Virus record (IMG/VR): IMGVR_UViG_3300042561_001378
Span: 1 to 64,000 of that record
Direction: 5' to 3' (one strand)
DNA: 64,000 bases
Source of the DNA: a virus
Each line of letters starts with the position of its first letter. The first letter of the stretch is position 1. Shown here one piece after another: positions 11,411 through 19,832 of this stretch. Under the pieces are notes generated by a model that saw nothing but the letters and a program-made list of their open reading frames with translations, did no database searches and was not told the DNA's origin. A program made the position numbers and the translations under genes.

Positions 11411-13380
11411 ACCAAATCCCCCATCGGCCCAGCTTGCAGACCGCCGGTTGTGTTAATGGGCCGTTTGGGCACCGTCACCGCAGACCCTAGCCTGCCAGCC
11501 TCCCGCCCGGTGTAGCCGAAGACTATGCGCCGGGGGGCGAACTCTAGGTACTCGGCATCACGGATCAAGGCCCGATCGCCGACGTGCTCCATCCTGGCTG
11601 GGGTCAAAGATTCGCCCGACACTACGGCCCTCTCCACATCAAACGAGAGCTGCCCAGTCTGCTTCAGGGCCAGTATCATCCGGGCGATCGCTGTCGCGTG
11701 TTGCCCGTCGGTGCCCCAGGCCCGTTGTATTGTCACACTGCGGCGTTTGCCGAGGTTGCTGGTTACAGCCTCATCCCGGCTCCTCACGTCGAGGGCGATG
11801 GGTTCTTTGGCAGGGCGAATGCTGGGGGGCTTCGGCGCGGCGTCAATGGTTCTGGCAACGGGTTTTTGGTTAGGGTCACGGACTAGGCCAGTATCGTCAC
11901 TCTTGCCAGTAATGGCCATCTCTGCGATCGAGTAGCCTACAATCTGCTGATACCGCCCGTCGGGCTTATAGGTGTTGCGCTCTAGCTCACGGCTGAGCAA
12001 CCGCACCGCTGTCACACTGGTTTCGACTTGGCCTGGTTCATCCGTCAGAGATAAGCTGACCAACGTCCCGTAGGTATCCAGCACCCGTTCAATCGGTACG
12101 CCCCTGGTGTCGTAGACAAACCGCTCCCGAGTGCCCTGCCCGCCGACCAGTGTAGTATCTCCGTAGTACGTTGAGGTTTTGGAGAACCGGGTTTTTGGCA
12201 CCCCGTTGTCTATTTCAATCCCACGGGATACTGCCATCACATCATTATTCGTCAGAGGCAGTCCCAGGCCATTGAAGGTTCGGGAAATCGTACCCTGACA
12301 GACCGTTACAAAAGCCGTGTTATTGGCTTGAGTTGCCGGGAATAGCCAAAATTGTCGAGCCCTAATTCTGTAGTCTTGACTCCATGATGTGCTCCCATCC
12401 CTGGGCTCATCTTCAATCCGCTCACAGACTAGAATGTCTGCCCCCGTCCCCGGCGATGGCGCGGCGGCTAGGGCGGTGGTCATAGGGTAAGTCTGCATGT
12501 CCTCCTCGTCTCCGCCGTCCTCTGTTGGCCGAGCGATGGTCGTTGAGAACACGGTCGCCGTCACCGACTCTACTGCCTCGTCCAGGGGCTGCACAGAGGG
12601 CTCAATCTGGGCTAATTGCTCCAAGGCCCACCGGCATGCAAGGGTCGCTTCGTCGGGGAGTGTCGGGTACTTCTGCACCTTGATGATTTCGTTGGCTGGG
12701 TCGCAGTAGAGCAGGTAACCTCGGGCAGCGGCAATGCTGGCGGCGTTGATGTAGGGGTTGCTGCCACGCTTTTGAGCCGCGATGAACCCATCAGGGCGAA
12801 GACTGCCGCCGTAGAATGTCGCGGTCAAGTCGGTGCTCACCCCCGAGAAGTCAATGTCTGCATCAACCAGGTAGGCTACGTTGCTGGCATCTTTGGGGGC
12901 CGTGAGTTCTGATTTTATCTGGTCAGTCCAGACTGAAAAACTGACGCTAATTAAGGTGGAGGTTCGAGTATTGGTTCGGCTCCGGGTAGTGCTGATCCGT
13001 CGCGTCGGCTGGGCTGGGAAGTCCCGATTCACCATGCCCAACTTGCAGGTCACCTCGATCTCAGTCTGCGCTGCGGCCAGGGCCGAATCCCATTGACTCA
13101 CTACGGCCTTGGCTACCCGCCAATACCAGGTATTCCCATTGGCCTGCACCTCGATCTGATTGCCGGGGTTAAAGTCTGCGTTGGTGGTGGGGTCGAGGTC
13201 AACCGGGGTAAGGCCATCGATGGCCAGCGTAAAGCCACCCTGCCAGAGTTTACCAAGGGGGTTATCGCTGTCGATGAGGGTTGACTCGATGCGGCCCTGG
13301 GTTAGGTAGGCAGTGTAGTCTGTGCCGTCGATGAGGACGGTAACGTCAGCGGTGAGATCGACAAAGCCTTTCCATACCAT
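11407..13380 (-). CDS. Tail tip/hub protein
   Basis: 657 aa, first gene of tail-tip operon; VLIDGTDYT start. Confidence 0.6.
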   Translation of the reverse strand: MVWKGFVDLTADVTVLIDGTDYTAYLTQGRIESTLIDSDNPLGKLWQGGFTLAIDGLTPVDLDPTTNADFNPGNQIEVQANGNTWYWRVAKAVVSQWDSALAAAQTEIEVTCKLGMVNRDFPAQPTRRISTTRSRTNTRTSTLISVSFSVWTDQIKSELTAPKDASNVAYLVDADIDFSGVSTDLTATFYGGSLRPDGFIAAQKRGSNPYINAASIAAARGYLLYCDPANEIIKVQKYPTLPDEATLACRWALEQLAQIEPSVQPLDEAVESVTATVFSTTIARPTEDGGDEEDMQTYPMTTALAAAPSPGTGADILVCERIEDEPRDGSTSWSQDYRIRARQFWLFPATQANNTAFVTVCQGTISRTFNGLGLPLTNNDVMAVSRGIEIDNGVPKTRFSKTSTYYGDTTLVGGQGTRERFVYDTRGVPIERVLDTYGTLVSLSLTDEPGQVETSVTAVRLLSRELERNTYKPDGRYQQIVGYSIAEMAITGKSDDTGLVRDPNQKPVARTIDAAPKPPSIRPAKEPIALDVRSRDEAVTSNLGKRRSVTIQRAWGTDGQHATAIARMILALKQTGQLSFDVERAVVSGESLTPARMEHVGDRALIRDAEYLEFAPRRIVFGYTGREAGRLGSAVTVPKRPINTTGGLQAGPMGDLV

Positions 13381-13465
13381 GGGCCTATTCTACCCTGGGT
13401 ATCCGGCTATGCAGCGGGCATAGCTCACGGTACTTTCATGGGCTGTAGTGCTAACTTCTTAGCGC

Positions 13466-13597
13466 CTGTGCAGGGTGTGCAGGCCATGCAGGCCTCCGTT
13501 CAAATTATTTGGCTGTGTGTGCGGCGGAATTTTTTAGGAAACACACAGCACTTTCACGCTAGAAAACAGGGGTGTTTGCCCTGCATGGCCTGCACAG
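13466..13597 (+). repeat. 132-bp inverted-iteron element, copy A
   Basis: Ends CTGTGCAGG…CCTGCACAG; similar copies at 27409, 57976 (rc), 61571 (rc). Confidence 0.9.
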
Positions 13598-13607
13598 TGC
13601 TAATAAG

Positions 13608-13648
13608 TTAGCGCCCCTGGTAGATGGCGAATCTACCAGGGGCGCTAA
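13608..13648. repeat. Perfect 18-bp inverted repeat
   Basis: TTAGCGCCCCTGGTAGAT-GGCGA-ATCTACCAGGGGCGCTAA. Confidence 0.9.
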
Positions 13649-13665
13649 TCCATCATTGAATCCCC

Positions 13666-13724
13666 GGCCTAACCGCTGGGGCAACTACCGAGGAATCCTT
13701 GGTAGTTGCCCCAGCGGTTAGGCC
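13666..13724. repeat. 59-bp palindrome (29-bp arms, one mismatch)
   Basis: GGCCTAACCGCTGGGGCAACTACCGAGGA-A-TCCTTGGTAGTTGCCCCAGCGGTTAGGCC. Confidence 0.9.
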
Positions 13725-13736
13725 AGCCTCTTACGG

Positions 13737-13934
13737 TCATGGCGTGGCTTCACTGATTACCTTTAATTGCTCTATGGGCCAGTGGGCTGTATGCGTGGCA
13801 GGCGGCGGCGGTTGCAGCCTAGACCATTGGCATTCGTAGGGGGTGCCCTCATTGTGAGTGCTGATCTCAATCACGGTGTAGGTGCGATCGCTTCCTTTCA
13901 GTTGCACGGTATCACCGGGGTTTATTCGTGGCAT
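13737..13934 (-). CDS. Small SH3/KOW-like protein
   Basis: INPGDTVQLKG…YTV pattern. Confidence 0.5.
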   Translation of the reverse strand: MPRINPGDTVQLKGSDRTYTVIEISTHNEGTPYECQWSRLQPPPPATHTAHWPIEQLKVISEATP

Positions 13935-14020
13935 GACTCATGGGAGTATCATGGCGGTAGCCCATCGCGGCGTTGACGCGCCCATGGGCAGTACCCTAAC
14001 CGAGTAGGCACTAGATCATT

Positions 14021-15052
14021 ATGGGCATTTATTTTGTCTCAAATGGCGAGTTCGTCAAGATTGGCTACACCAGCCGCAGCGCAGAATCAAGGATAAGAGC
14101 GCTTCAGACCGGGAATCATACTCCATTGCAACTACTAGCGTTTAATGACCAATGGGGCAAAGACAAGGAAACTGAGCTTCATTCAAAGTTTGCTAAATTC
14201 CGGCAAGGTGGGGAATGGTTCGCCCTGGCCGATGAACTAAGATTTTTTATTGAATCTATCAATCCTAAAGCGTTTGGAAAGACCAGAGCTAAGAGCATGA
14301 GGGCTAATCAATTGGCTATGCCATCAACCCCAGAAGCTAACGACAACTCAACCGAAGCTTGCTTTAATTGGTACAGAAGATTGTGGGATGAGTGCAACTC
14401 AGCCAAATTATTTAGAATATTGCACTGTAATGAAAAGTTTCTTGATGATGCAAAAGAACAACAAAAATGGATTAATGATGCTATTGAATTAGGGTATGAC
14501 GAGATAAGATGGCGGATCCCAGGTGAATCTGACGTTTATCCTGAGATGTACTTAGAAACCAATGGGATAGCGTTTCTGTTAATAGACGCATTAGCCAGCA
14601 TCCACGGCATTAATATGTCAAAACATCGGTATGCTAGCAGCGCAGAACTCTATCCATTGTTTAGACGCTATTTTGAAGCGACATTTTACAATGATAGGAA
14701 TTGGAAAGCCTACTCAAAATATGTTAAAGAATGTAGAGGAGAGGAGTCTGTTAACCAACGCTCAGATACATTCTGGTGTTTTGTTGACTGCGTAGTAGCT
14801 TGGTCATGGCTTAATAATGATCAACCCATTGTTAATTTGCAAGGGTTTTCTGACAAGGTTAAATTCTTTTGTGCAATTATGCCTACTCCGTACAGGGTAA
14901 AGCACATTGTAGAAAAAGACGTTGGGTTCTATTGCCATAGGGATGACTCAATCGCAGGCTTTATGAAATTTTGTGACTTTTATGGCTTTGAGCCGATTTA
15001 CGACTCAGAAGAAAGAACTGTGTCTATCAAGCAACAAAAGGATGCAGCATGA
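14021..15052 (+). CDS. T5orf172/GIY-YIG-like domain protein
   Basis: IYF…VKIGYT…RI..LQTG…E..LH..F…GEWF; AT-rich relative to neighbours. Confidence 0.75.
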   Translation: MGIYFVSNGEFVKIGYTSRSAESRIRALQTGNHTPLQLLAFNDQWGKDKETELHSKFAKFRQGGEWFALADELRFFIESINPKAFGKTRAKSMRANQLAMPSTPEANDNSTEACFNWYRRLWDECNSAKLFRILHCNEKFLDDAKEQQKWINDAIELGYDEIRWRIPGESDVYPEMYLETNGIAFLLIDALASIHGINMSKHRYASSAELYPLFRRYFEATFYNDRNWKAYSKYVKECRGEESVNQRSDTFWCFVDCVVAWSWLNNDQPIVNLQGFSDKVKFFCAIMPTPYRVKHIVEKDVGFYCHRDDSIAGFMKFCDFYGFEPIYDSEERTVSIKQQKDAA

Positions 15053-15279
15053 AACCTAGCCGATGGGCCTTGTATGCCGAAAGCTCAGACATATTCTGGA
15101 AAGCTTGCATCCGTGGGCAATCTGCCTACTACGAATGGCTCCTAACTCCCATCTGGAATATCCCACGGCGGCTATACCTGCGATCGGTGTGCCGCCGTTG
15201 TCAGGTCATTGCGGATAGAATATCGCCATCACATATCACTGACCCCATCGCCACTTCATGCCGCAGGGCCTATCGTTGA
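15049..15279 (+). CDS. Hypothetical protein
   Basis: ATGA overlap with previous gene. Confidence 0.4.
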   Translation: MKPSRWALYAESSDIFWKACIRGQSAYYEWLLTPIWNIPRRLYLRSVCRRCQVIADRISPSHITDPIATSCRRAYR

Positions 15280-15395
15280 TGCTACAGAACTCTATGGGCT
15301 GTAGCTTTGCCCCCTGCCACGCCTGCCAGCCCATCACCGACGCGATCGCCACCAATGCCGCTACCCCAACCACAGCCGCTACTTTGTAAAACATA

Positions 15396-16148
15396 ATGGA
15401 TATCTCTAAAATTACTGCCCAGGCTACCCGCTACCGGGCCAGCATCGGGGCTAACTACCGGGCGGTGCGGTACAACGGCACCCAACTTAACGTTAACCCA
15501 ACGATTGATCATATGGGGCTAGACGTAGCCTTCCTCGCCACCGATGCAGTTCGCAACTCGATTGAGAAGTGGAAGTGCTACTTGTCCAAAGAAATCTTAG
15601 CCGAGTCCAAGATCCCCGCTACTGCCCTGGCTGACTACGACTTTGGAGCCTGGGAGATTTTTGAGGATGGAGCCTGGCTCAAAGTATTCATCCAGGATGT
15701 ACCCAAGCAACAAACCGGGCGATGGGAGCTCACCTTTGCCCGTGGCCTGGTCGAGGTGACAATGACCGTAACCTACCGAGTGGGCTCTGGCACCTTTACG
15801 ACAGACCCTGCCACAGGCAACCCCATCGAGGCCAGCACCGCCGCTACCTATTACGCCGTGGTATCCCAGGGCAGGGGCAGGGCTGCCGCCGTGGAGGTCG
15901 CAGGGCTACCAGCGGGGCGGCTATTCCTCGAAGGCCATTTCAGCACCGCTACCGGGGAACCAGCGTTGATGCCCGCTAACCTACAAATCCAAAAGCCCTG
16001 GCCTGCTGTGCTAGCGGTCGGCAATGGCCTAGAGGTCGAGGGTACATTCTCCGCAGCCCTGTCCGGGGCCAGCCCCTGGAATGCTACCGAACTAGGGCGC
16101 GGTGGTAAGCTGCAAGGGAACTTTATTAGCGCTGGGAGTGGCCGGTAA
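15396..16148 (+). CDS. Putative head-tail joining protein
   Basis: Position at start of tail operon. Confidence 0.45.
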   Translation: MDISKITAQATRYRASIGANYRAVRYNGTQLNVNPTIDHMGLDVAFLATDAVRNSIEKWKCYLSKEILAESKIPATALADYDFGAWEIFEDGAWLKVFIQDVPKQQTGRWELTFARGLVEVTMTVTYRVGSGTFTTDPATGNPIEASTAATYYAVVSQGRGRAAAVEVAGLPAGRLFLEGHFSTATGEPALMPANLQIQKPWPAVLAVGNGLEVEGTFSAALSGASPWNATELGRGGKLQGNFISAGSGR

Positions 16149-16432
16149 TGGATGCCGAAATAAATAAGTTAGTCGAAGCTGGCGACGTTGAAGCCATTGA
16201 AGCGATCGCCGAAACCCATTATGCAAACGAAGCGATCGCCGCTAAATTCCGCGAAGTAGAAATGCTAGAGCCTGAGTTTACCCCGGCTGAAATCTCGGTA
16301 AATTCTCAGGGGTGGAAGTATTTTGTCGGGCTTACCCCTGGCCAATGTGTCTCCGTCGAGGGGGCTACCTACCAGGGCATCCCGATCGTCATTGATAGGG
16401 CTCAGATTGAGCCTGTGGTGATTGTGCCTTAG
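16148..16432 (+). CDS. Hypothetical protein
   Basis: TAATG coupling. Confidence 0.5.
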   Translation: MDAEINKLVEAGDVEAIEAIAETHYANEAIAAKFREVEMLEPEFTPAEISVNSQGWKYFVGLTPGQCVSVEGATYQGIPIVIDRAQIEPVVIVP

Positions 16433-16854
16433 AGCGTCACCTGATCCCCCATTACCAGTAGATAGAGTTGCTGAAAACTGAGCCCCAATGCAGCCCGCCG
16501 CGCTTCGAACCGTCGGCGGGTTTCTGCTATGGTCAGCCCTGTCTTTTCAGCCAGGGGTGCAAAGGTACTCCCGTCAAATTCTTCGGCCCACAGGCAAAAC
16601 AACTGCGCCGGTGGAATCTGCCAATCATGGGCCAGGGCGATGAGGTCATCGACGGCCCATGCGACTAGCCCCGATTCTCGCTTTGAATATTGGTGCAGGG
16701 TCAGGGCTGTTTGGGCTCGGTACGCGGCATCGACTGTTGGGTAGCCGAGCGATCGCCGGACTTCCCTAAACGCTGCCACCATCCGCCGCCGATTATTTGC
16801 CAAATCTGCCTGCCAAAAGAGCGTAATCCCCGCCCCTATAGTAGCCCAGCCCAT
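16429..16854 (-). CDS. Hypothetical protein, antisense insert in tail operon
   Basis: 141-aa ORF filling the gap between plus-strand genes. Confidence 0.45.
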   Translation of the reverse strand: MGWATIGAGITLFWQADLANNRRRMVAAFREVRRSLGYPTVDAAYRAQTALTLHQYSKRESGLVAWAVDDLIALAHDWQIPPAQLFCLWAEEFDGSTFAPLAEKTGLTIAETRRRFEARRAALGLSFQQLYLLVMGDQVTL

Positions 16855-16865
16855 AGTCTAGGGGC

Positions 16866-17258
16866 ATGGCTACACTCCGATGGAATCCCCCTAAACTCAC
16901 CGCCGCCACTGCCGTCTATACCTGGGGAGTGCCCTATGCTGCGGCCCAGCATGAGGGGGCAACCCTACGCAATGGTGGCACTATCCCGCCCCGTCCCTGG
17001 ACTGAGTACCCGTTAGAGAATGGTCTGAAACTCGATGAGGATTTGGCCAACAACTATCGACGTTCTCAAAACCTAGGTACAGCGTTCAAGGCTACGGCCA
17101 CCACCTACAACCGGGCCATGCAGGAAGCGATCGCGGCTTCGGTGTGGAACTGGCCCAGGCGTACTGTGCGGCGGTCGGGGGAGGTCGCTGGGTCACCGCG
17201 CAACATCGTGGATACAGGCGACTTGCTCAATTCCCAAAAACTGAGTTTTGAGCGATGA
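16866..17258 (+). CDS. Tail completion / virion morphogenesis protein
   Basis: PYAAAQHEG…PRPW, RNIVDTGDLLNS motifs. Confidence 0.7.
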   Translation: MATLRWNPPKLTAATAVYTWGVPYAAAQHEGATLRNGGTIPPRPWTEYPLENGLKLDEDLANNYRRSQNLGTAFKATATTYNRAMQEAIAASVWNWPRRTVRRSGEVAGSPRNIVDTGDLLNSQKLSFER

Positions 17259-17641
17259 CCAAGTTTGCCACCGTCTCAGACCTACGCGGTTCTTTGGCTA
17301 CCTTGCTCAATGCTGAGCTAGGCACCTTTGAGAATGGGATCAAGCGCATCTGGGTACGGCCCCCTGACCCACCAGCGGGGGCGGCTGAGGGGCTAGAGTG
17401 CATCATCCAGCGCATCCCCGCAGGTGCTGTCCGGGGTAGCAGTGGGGGGCAGCGAAAAGACCTCCGGCGCTGGGTGGTGACCCTCACCAACTACGCCGAG
17501 GATGGGGCCATGGCCACCGCCACTGACAAGATCAAAGCCACCTATACCCTAGCCACGGCCCCCCGCTATGTGCCCCCCACTGACAAAAACTACGAAAGCA
17601 TAAGCTTCCAAATTTTCGATCCCACCCTCATTAATCCTTAG
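17255..17641 (+). CDS. Putative tail terminator
   Basis: Size and position immediately before tail tube. Confidence 0.55.
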   Translation: MTKFATVSDLRGSLATLLNAELGTFENGIKRIWVRPPDPPAGAAEGLECIIQRIPAGAVRGSSGGQRKDLRRWVVTLTNYAEDGAMATATDKIKATYTLATAPRYVPPTDKNYESISFQIFDPTLINP

Positions 17642-17650
17642 GAGTCAACC

Positions 17651-18604
17651 ATGGGTTTCCCCACTGCGCTATCTGCCTCAACTAATCCCCGGGTCTACGT
17701 TGCCCGCATCCCAACCGGCAACAGCCTGCCGACCTTGTACGGCTTCGCCAGCACCGATGCTGAAGCGGCGGGTAGCACCACTATCACCCTCGACCTAACC
17801 ACCGTTGACGGCGGCGCCGCATCGGGCACCGTTGAACTAGAACACGATCAACCCATCCTATTCCCCGCCGACGCTGTAGCGAACCCCGTACTCGTCAAGG
17901 GTGCTGGCACCTTAGGCAGCCACACGATCATTGTGGATAACGGTACTGCACTGCCCACCAATAGCGTAGCCGTCGGAGACTACATCACCTTCGCTGGCGA
18001 TGCCCAGCTATACCGCATCACAGCCCGTACCGCCGCCTCTACTGATTACACCATCCGGGTATTCCCTGCCCTCAAGTCTGCTCCCGCCGACAATGCCGTA
18101 GTGACGGTCTACAACCTGCTACGCCTCAACCTGGCCTCCGGCGTCCAGTTCGTGACCATCACCACCGCTGGCGTATCGGTGCCTGTGACCGGCTGTACCT
18201 ACAGCATGGCTGCCACTGCCGCCTCGCTAGCCACCCCTGCCTACAAGCAACTCCTGGGCATCGAGTCGTCTAGCCCAACCACTTCAGTCGAAACCGCTGA
18301 CGTAACCACCAACACCCTAGTCACGACCCTACGAGGCACCGTCGGCTTTGAGCTGGCCGTGGAGGGCATCGGTATCCCTGGCGATGCAGCCTTCCGTGAG
18401 ATTATCCAGCCATTCCTGCTAGACAAAGATCGGGCCGCTGAGTCCCTCTACACCCGCTATGAATCTTCAAGCGGCGCAAAGGTCTACCAAGGGCCAGGCT
18501 CATTGACCGAGGCCGACGCCGGGGAAACCGTCAACGAAGCCGACACCTACTCGGTCACCATGTCAATCTCAATAGGTTCTGACTTTGGTTACTGGATCCG
18601 TTAA
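17651..18604 (+). CDS. Major tail (tube) protein
   Basis: AGGAG RBS; tube-like C-terminal half; precedes chaperones and TMP. Confidence 0.7.
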   Translation: MGFPTALSASTNPRVYVARIPTGNSLPTLYGFASTDAEAAGSTTITLDLTTVDGGAASGTVELEHDQPILFPADAVANPVLVKGAGTLGSHTIIVDNGTALPTNSVAVGDYITFAGDAQLYRITARTAASTDYTIRVFPALKSAPADNAVVTVYNLLRLNLASGVQFVTITTAGVSVPVTGCTYSMAATAASLATPAYKQLLGIESSSPTTSVETADVTTNTLVTTLRGTVGFELAVEGIGIPGDAAFREIIQPFLLDKDRAAESLYTRYESSSGAKVYQGPGSLTEADAGETVNEADTYSVTMSISIGSDFGYWIR

Positions 18605-18825
18605 GTACCTCAGCTCTAGCCGCCTACACTGCATCGACTGTCAGGTCGTGGGTGGGCGGCTAGAGGCTGGCTGGGTCTACAGCGATGGCTATTTGATGCC
18701 CGTCGAAACCCTGACCGATGGCCATGGCTTTGAGGTAAGGGTCGCCATCCCTGAAGACATCCAAGCCCTACAGCAACCCTCTACTTTCTCATTCGCTAAC
18801 GAACCCGTGGAGTTCTATCTTGCCC

Positions 18826-19533
18826 ATGAAAGCACTTGATTTAGTGGCTGCTCTGCCCAAACTGGGGGGCTTTAATCGCCTAGAGAAGGAAGAATATTAC
18901 CGCCTATTCCTGCAATCCAGTGAAGATACCGTGGCCCTGCTGACCATCGCCGCCGAGATTGCTGCCGACAAGGGCTGGAGTCAGGAAGAAGCAATCACCC
19001 GGCTCCAAAATATGGAGACTGGCAACCCTGAAGATTTATTGGCCCTATCCGACCATCTCCCCCGCATCCTGGAATTTGACCAAGCTAAGAAGCGGGCCAA
19101 AATCATGGAAGGGTTTGCCCTCGCCCAACTCATACTCATTTCGCGTTTGCCCGTGGCCTGGATTCGGGGCCAGTCTAAAGTCCTCGCCGCCTACGGCATA
19201 GAGATTGACTGCGATGCCCTAGGCGAGATTCCCCGCCGCGATTGGCTATCCAGTGACGTGCGCCGGGGGGCGATCGCCCAAATCGTTGACCTACTGCCCG
19301 AGCAATTTATCCGGCCCCTCGAAGACTTTGCCATTGCAGAATTGAACGAAGGCCGCACCGACTATGTTTCAGCAGAGGATAGGGACGAAACCCCTTTAGT
19401 CGTGCCCAGCGAATCCTTAGCGAATGCCGCACCGCCTTCGAAAGAGAGCGTGAGTTCTGGGATAAATGCTACTTCCGAATCCAGAGCGCTGGTGTTCAAG
19501 ACCCCTGTTACCACTGGCAAGAAATCGGCCTAA
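18826..19533 (+). CDS. Tail assembly chaperone (gpG-like)
   Basis: Between tube and TMP; contains slippery C CCT TTA. Confidence 0.7.
   Translation: MKALDLVAALPKLGGFNRLEKEEYYRLFLQSSEDTVALLTIAAEIAADKGWSQEEAITRLQNMETGNPEDLLALSDHLPRILEFDQAKKRAKIMEGFALAQLILISRLPVAWIRGQSKVLAAYGIEIDCDALGEIPRRDWLSSDVRRGAIAQIVDLLPEQFIRPLEDFAIAELNEGRTDYVSAEDRDETPLVVPSESLANAAPPSKESVSSGINATSESRALVFKTPVTTGKKSA
19392..19398 (+). other. -1 programmed frameshift slippery site
   Basis: C CCT TTA in XXXYYYZ register; -1 frame open into ORF 19557-19832. Confidence 0.75.
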
Positions 19534-19832
19534 CCCCTATCTGGCGAGTTCGGCAAATGGTATCGACGCTGATTGAGCAAGACGAACTCAAGGCCAGGGC
19601 TAGCAGCTATGCGATCGCCCGCTTTGCCCTGACTCAAATCAGCCGCAAGGGCACCAAAATATCCATCGAAGACTTCATGCCCTACGCCGATCCCAACGCC
19701 GCGCAGAAGCAGGGTGAGGGTATCCCGGCCAAGACCGTGGCGATCATGCGGCAATTGGTCAAGGGGCGAGCGTTACCAGCTCGGGTGGAGGCAGCAGCAA
19801 TACGGGCATTAGGGGGAATGGGCGATGGCTGA
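19395..19832 (+). CDS. Frameshifted chaperone extension (gpT-like)
   Basis: -1 frame has no stop from 19395 to 19832. Confidence 0.7.
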   Translation, partial: FSRAQRILSECRTAFEREREFWDKCYFRIQSAGVQDPCYHWQEIGLTPIWRVRQMVSTLIEQDELKARASSYAIARFALTQISRKGTKISIEDFMPYADPNAAQKQGEGIPAKTVAIMRQLVKGRALPARVEAAAIRALGGMGDG

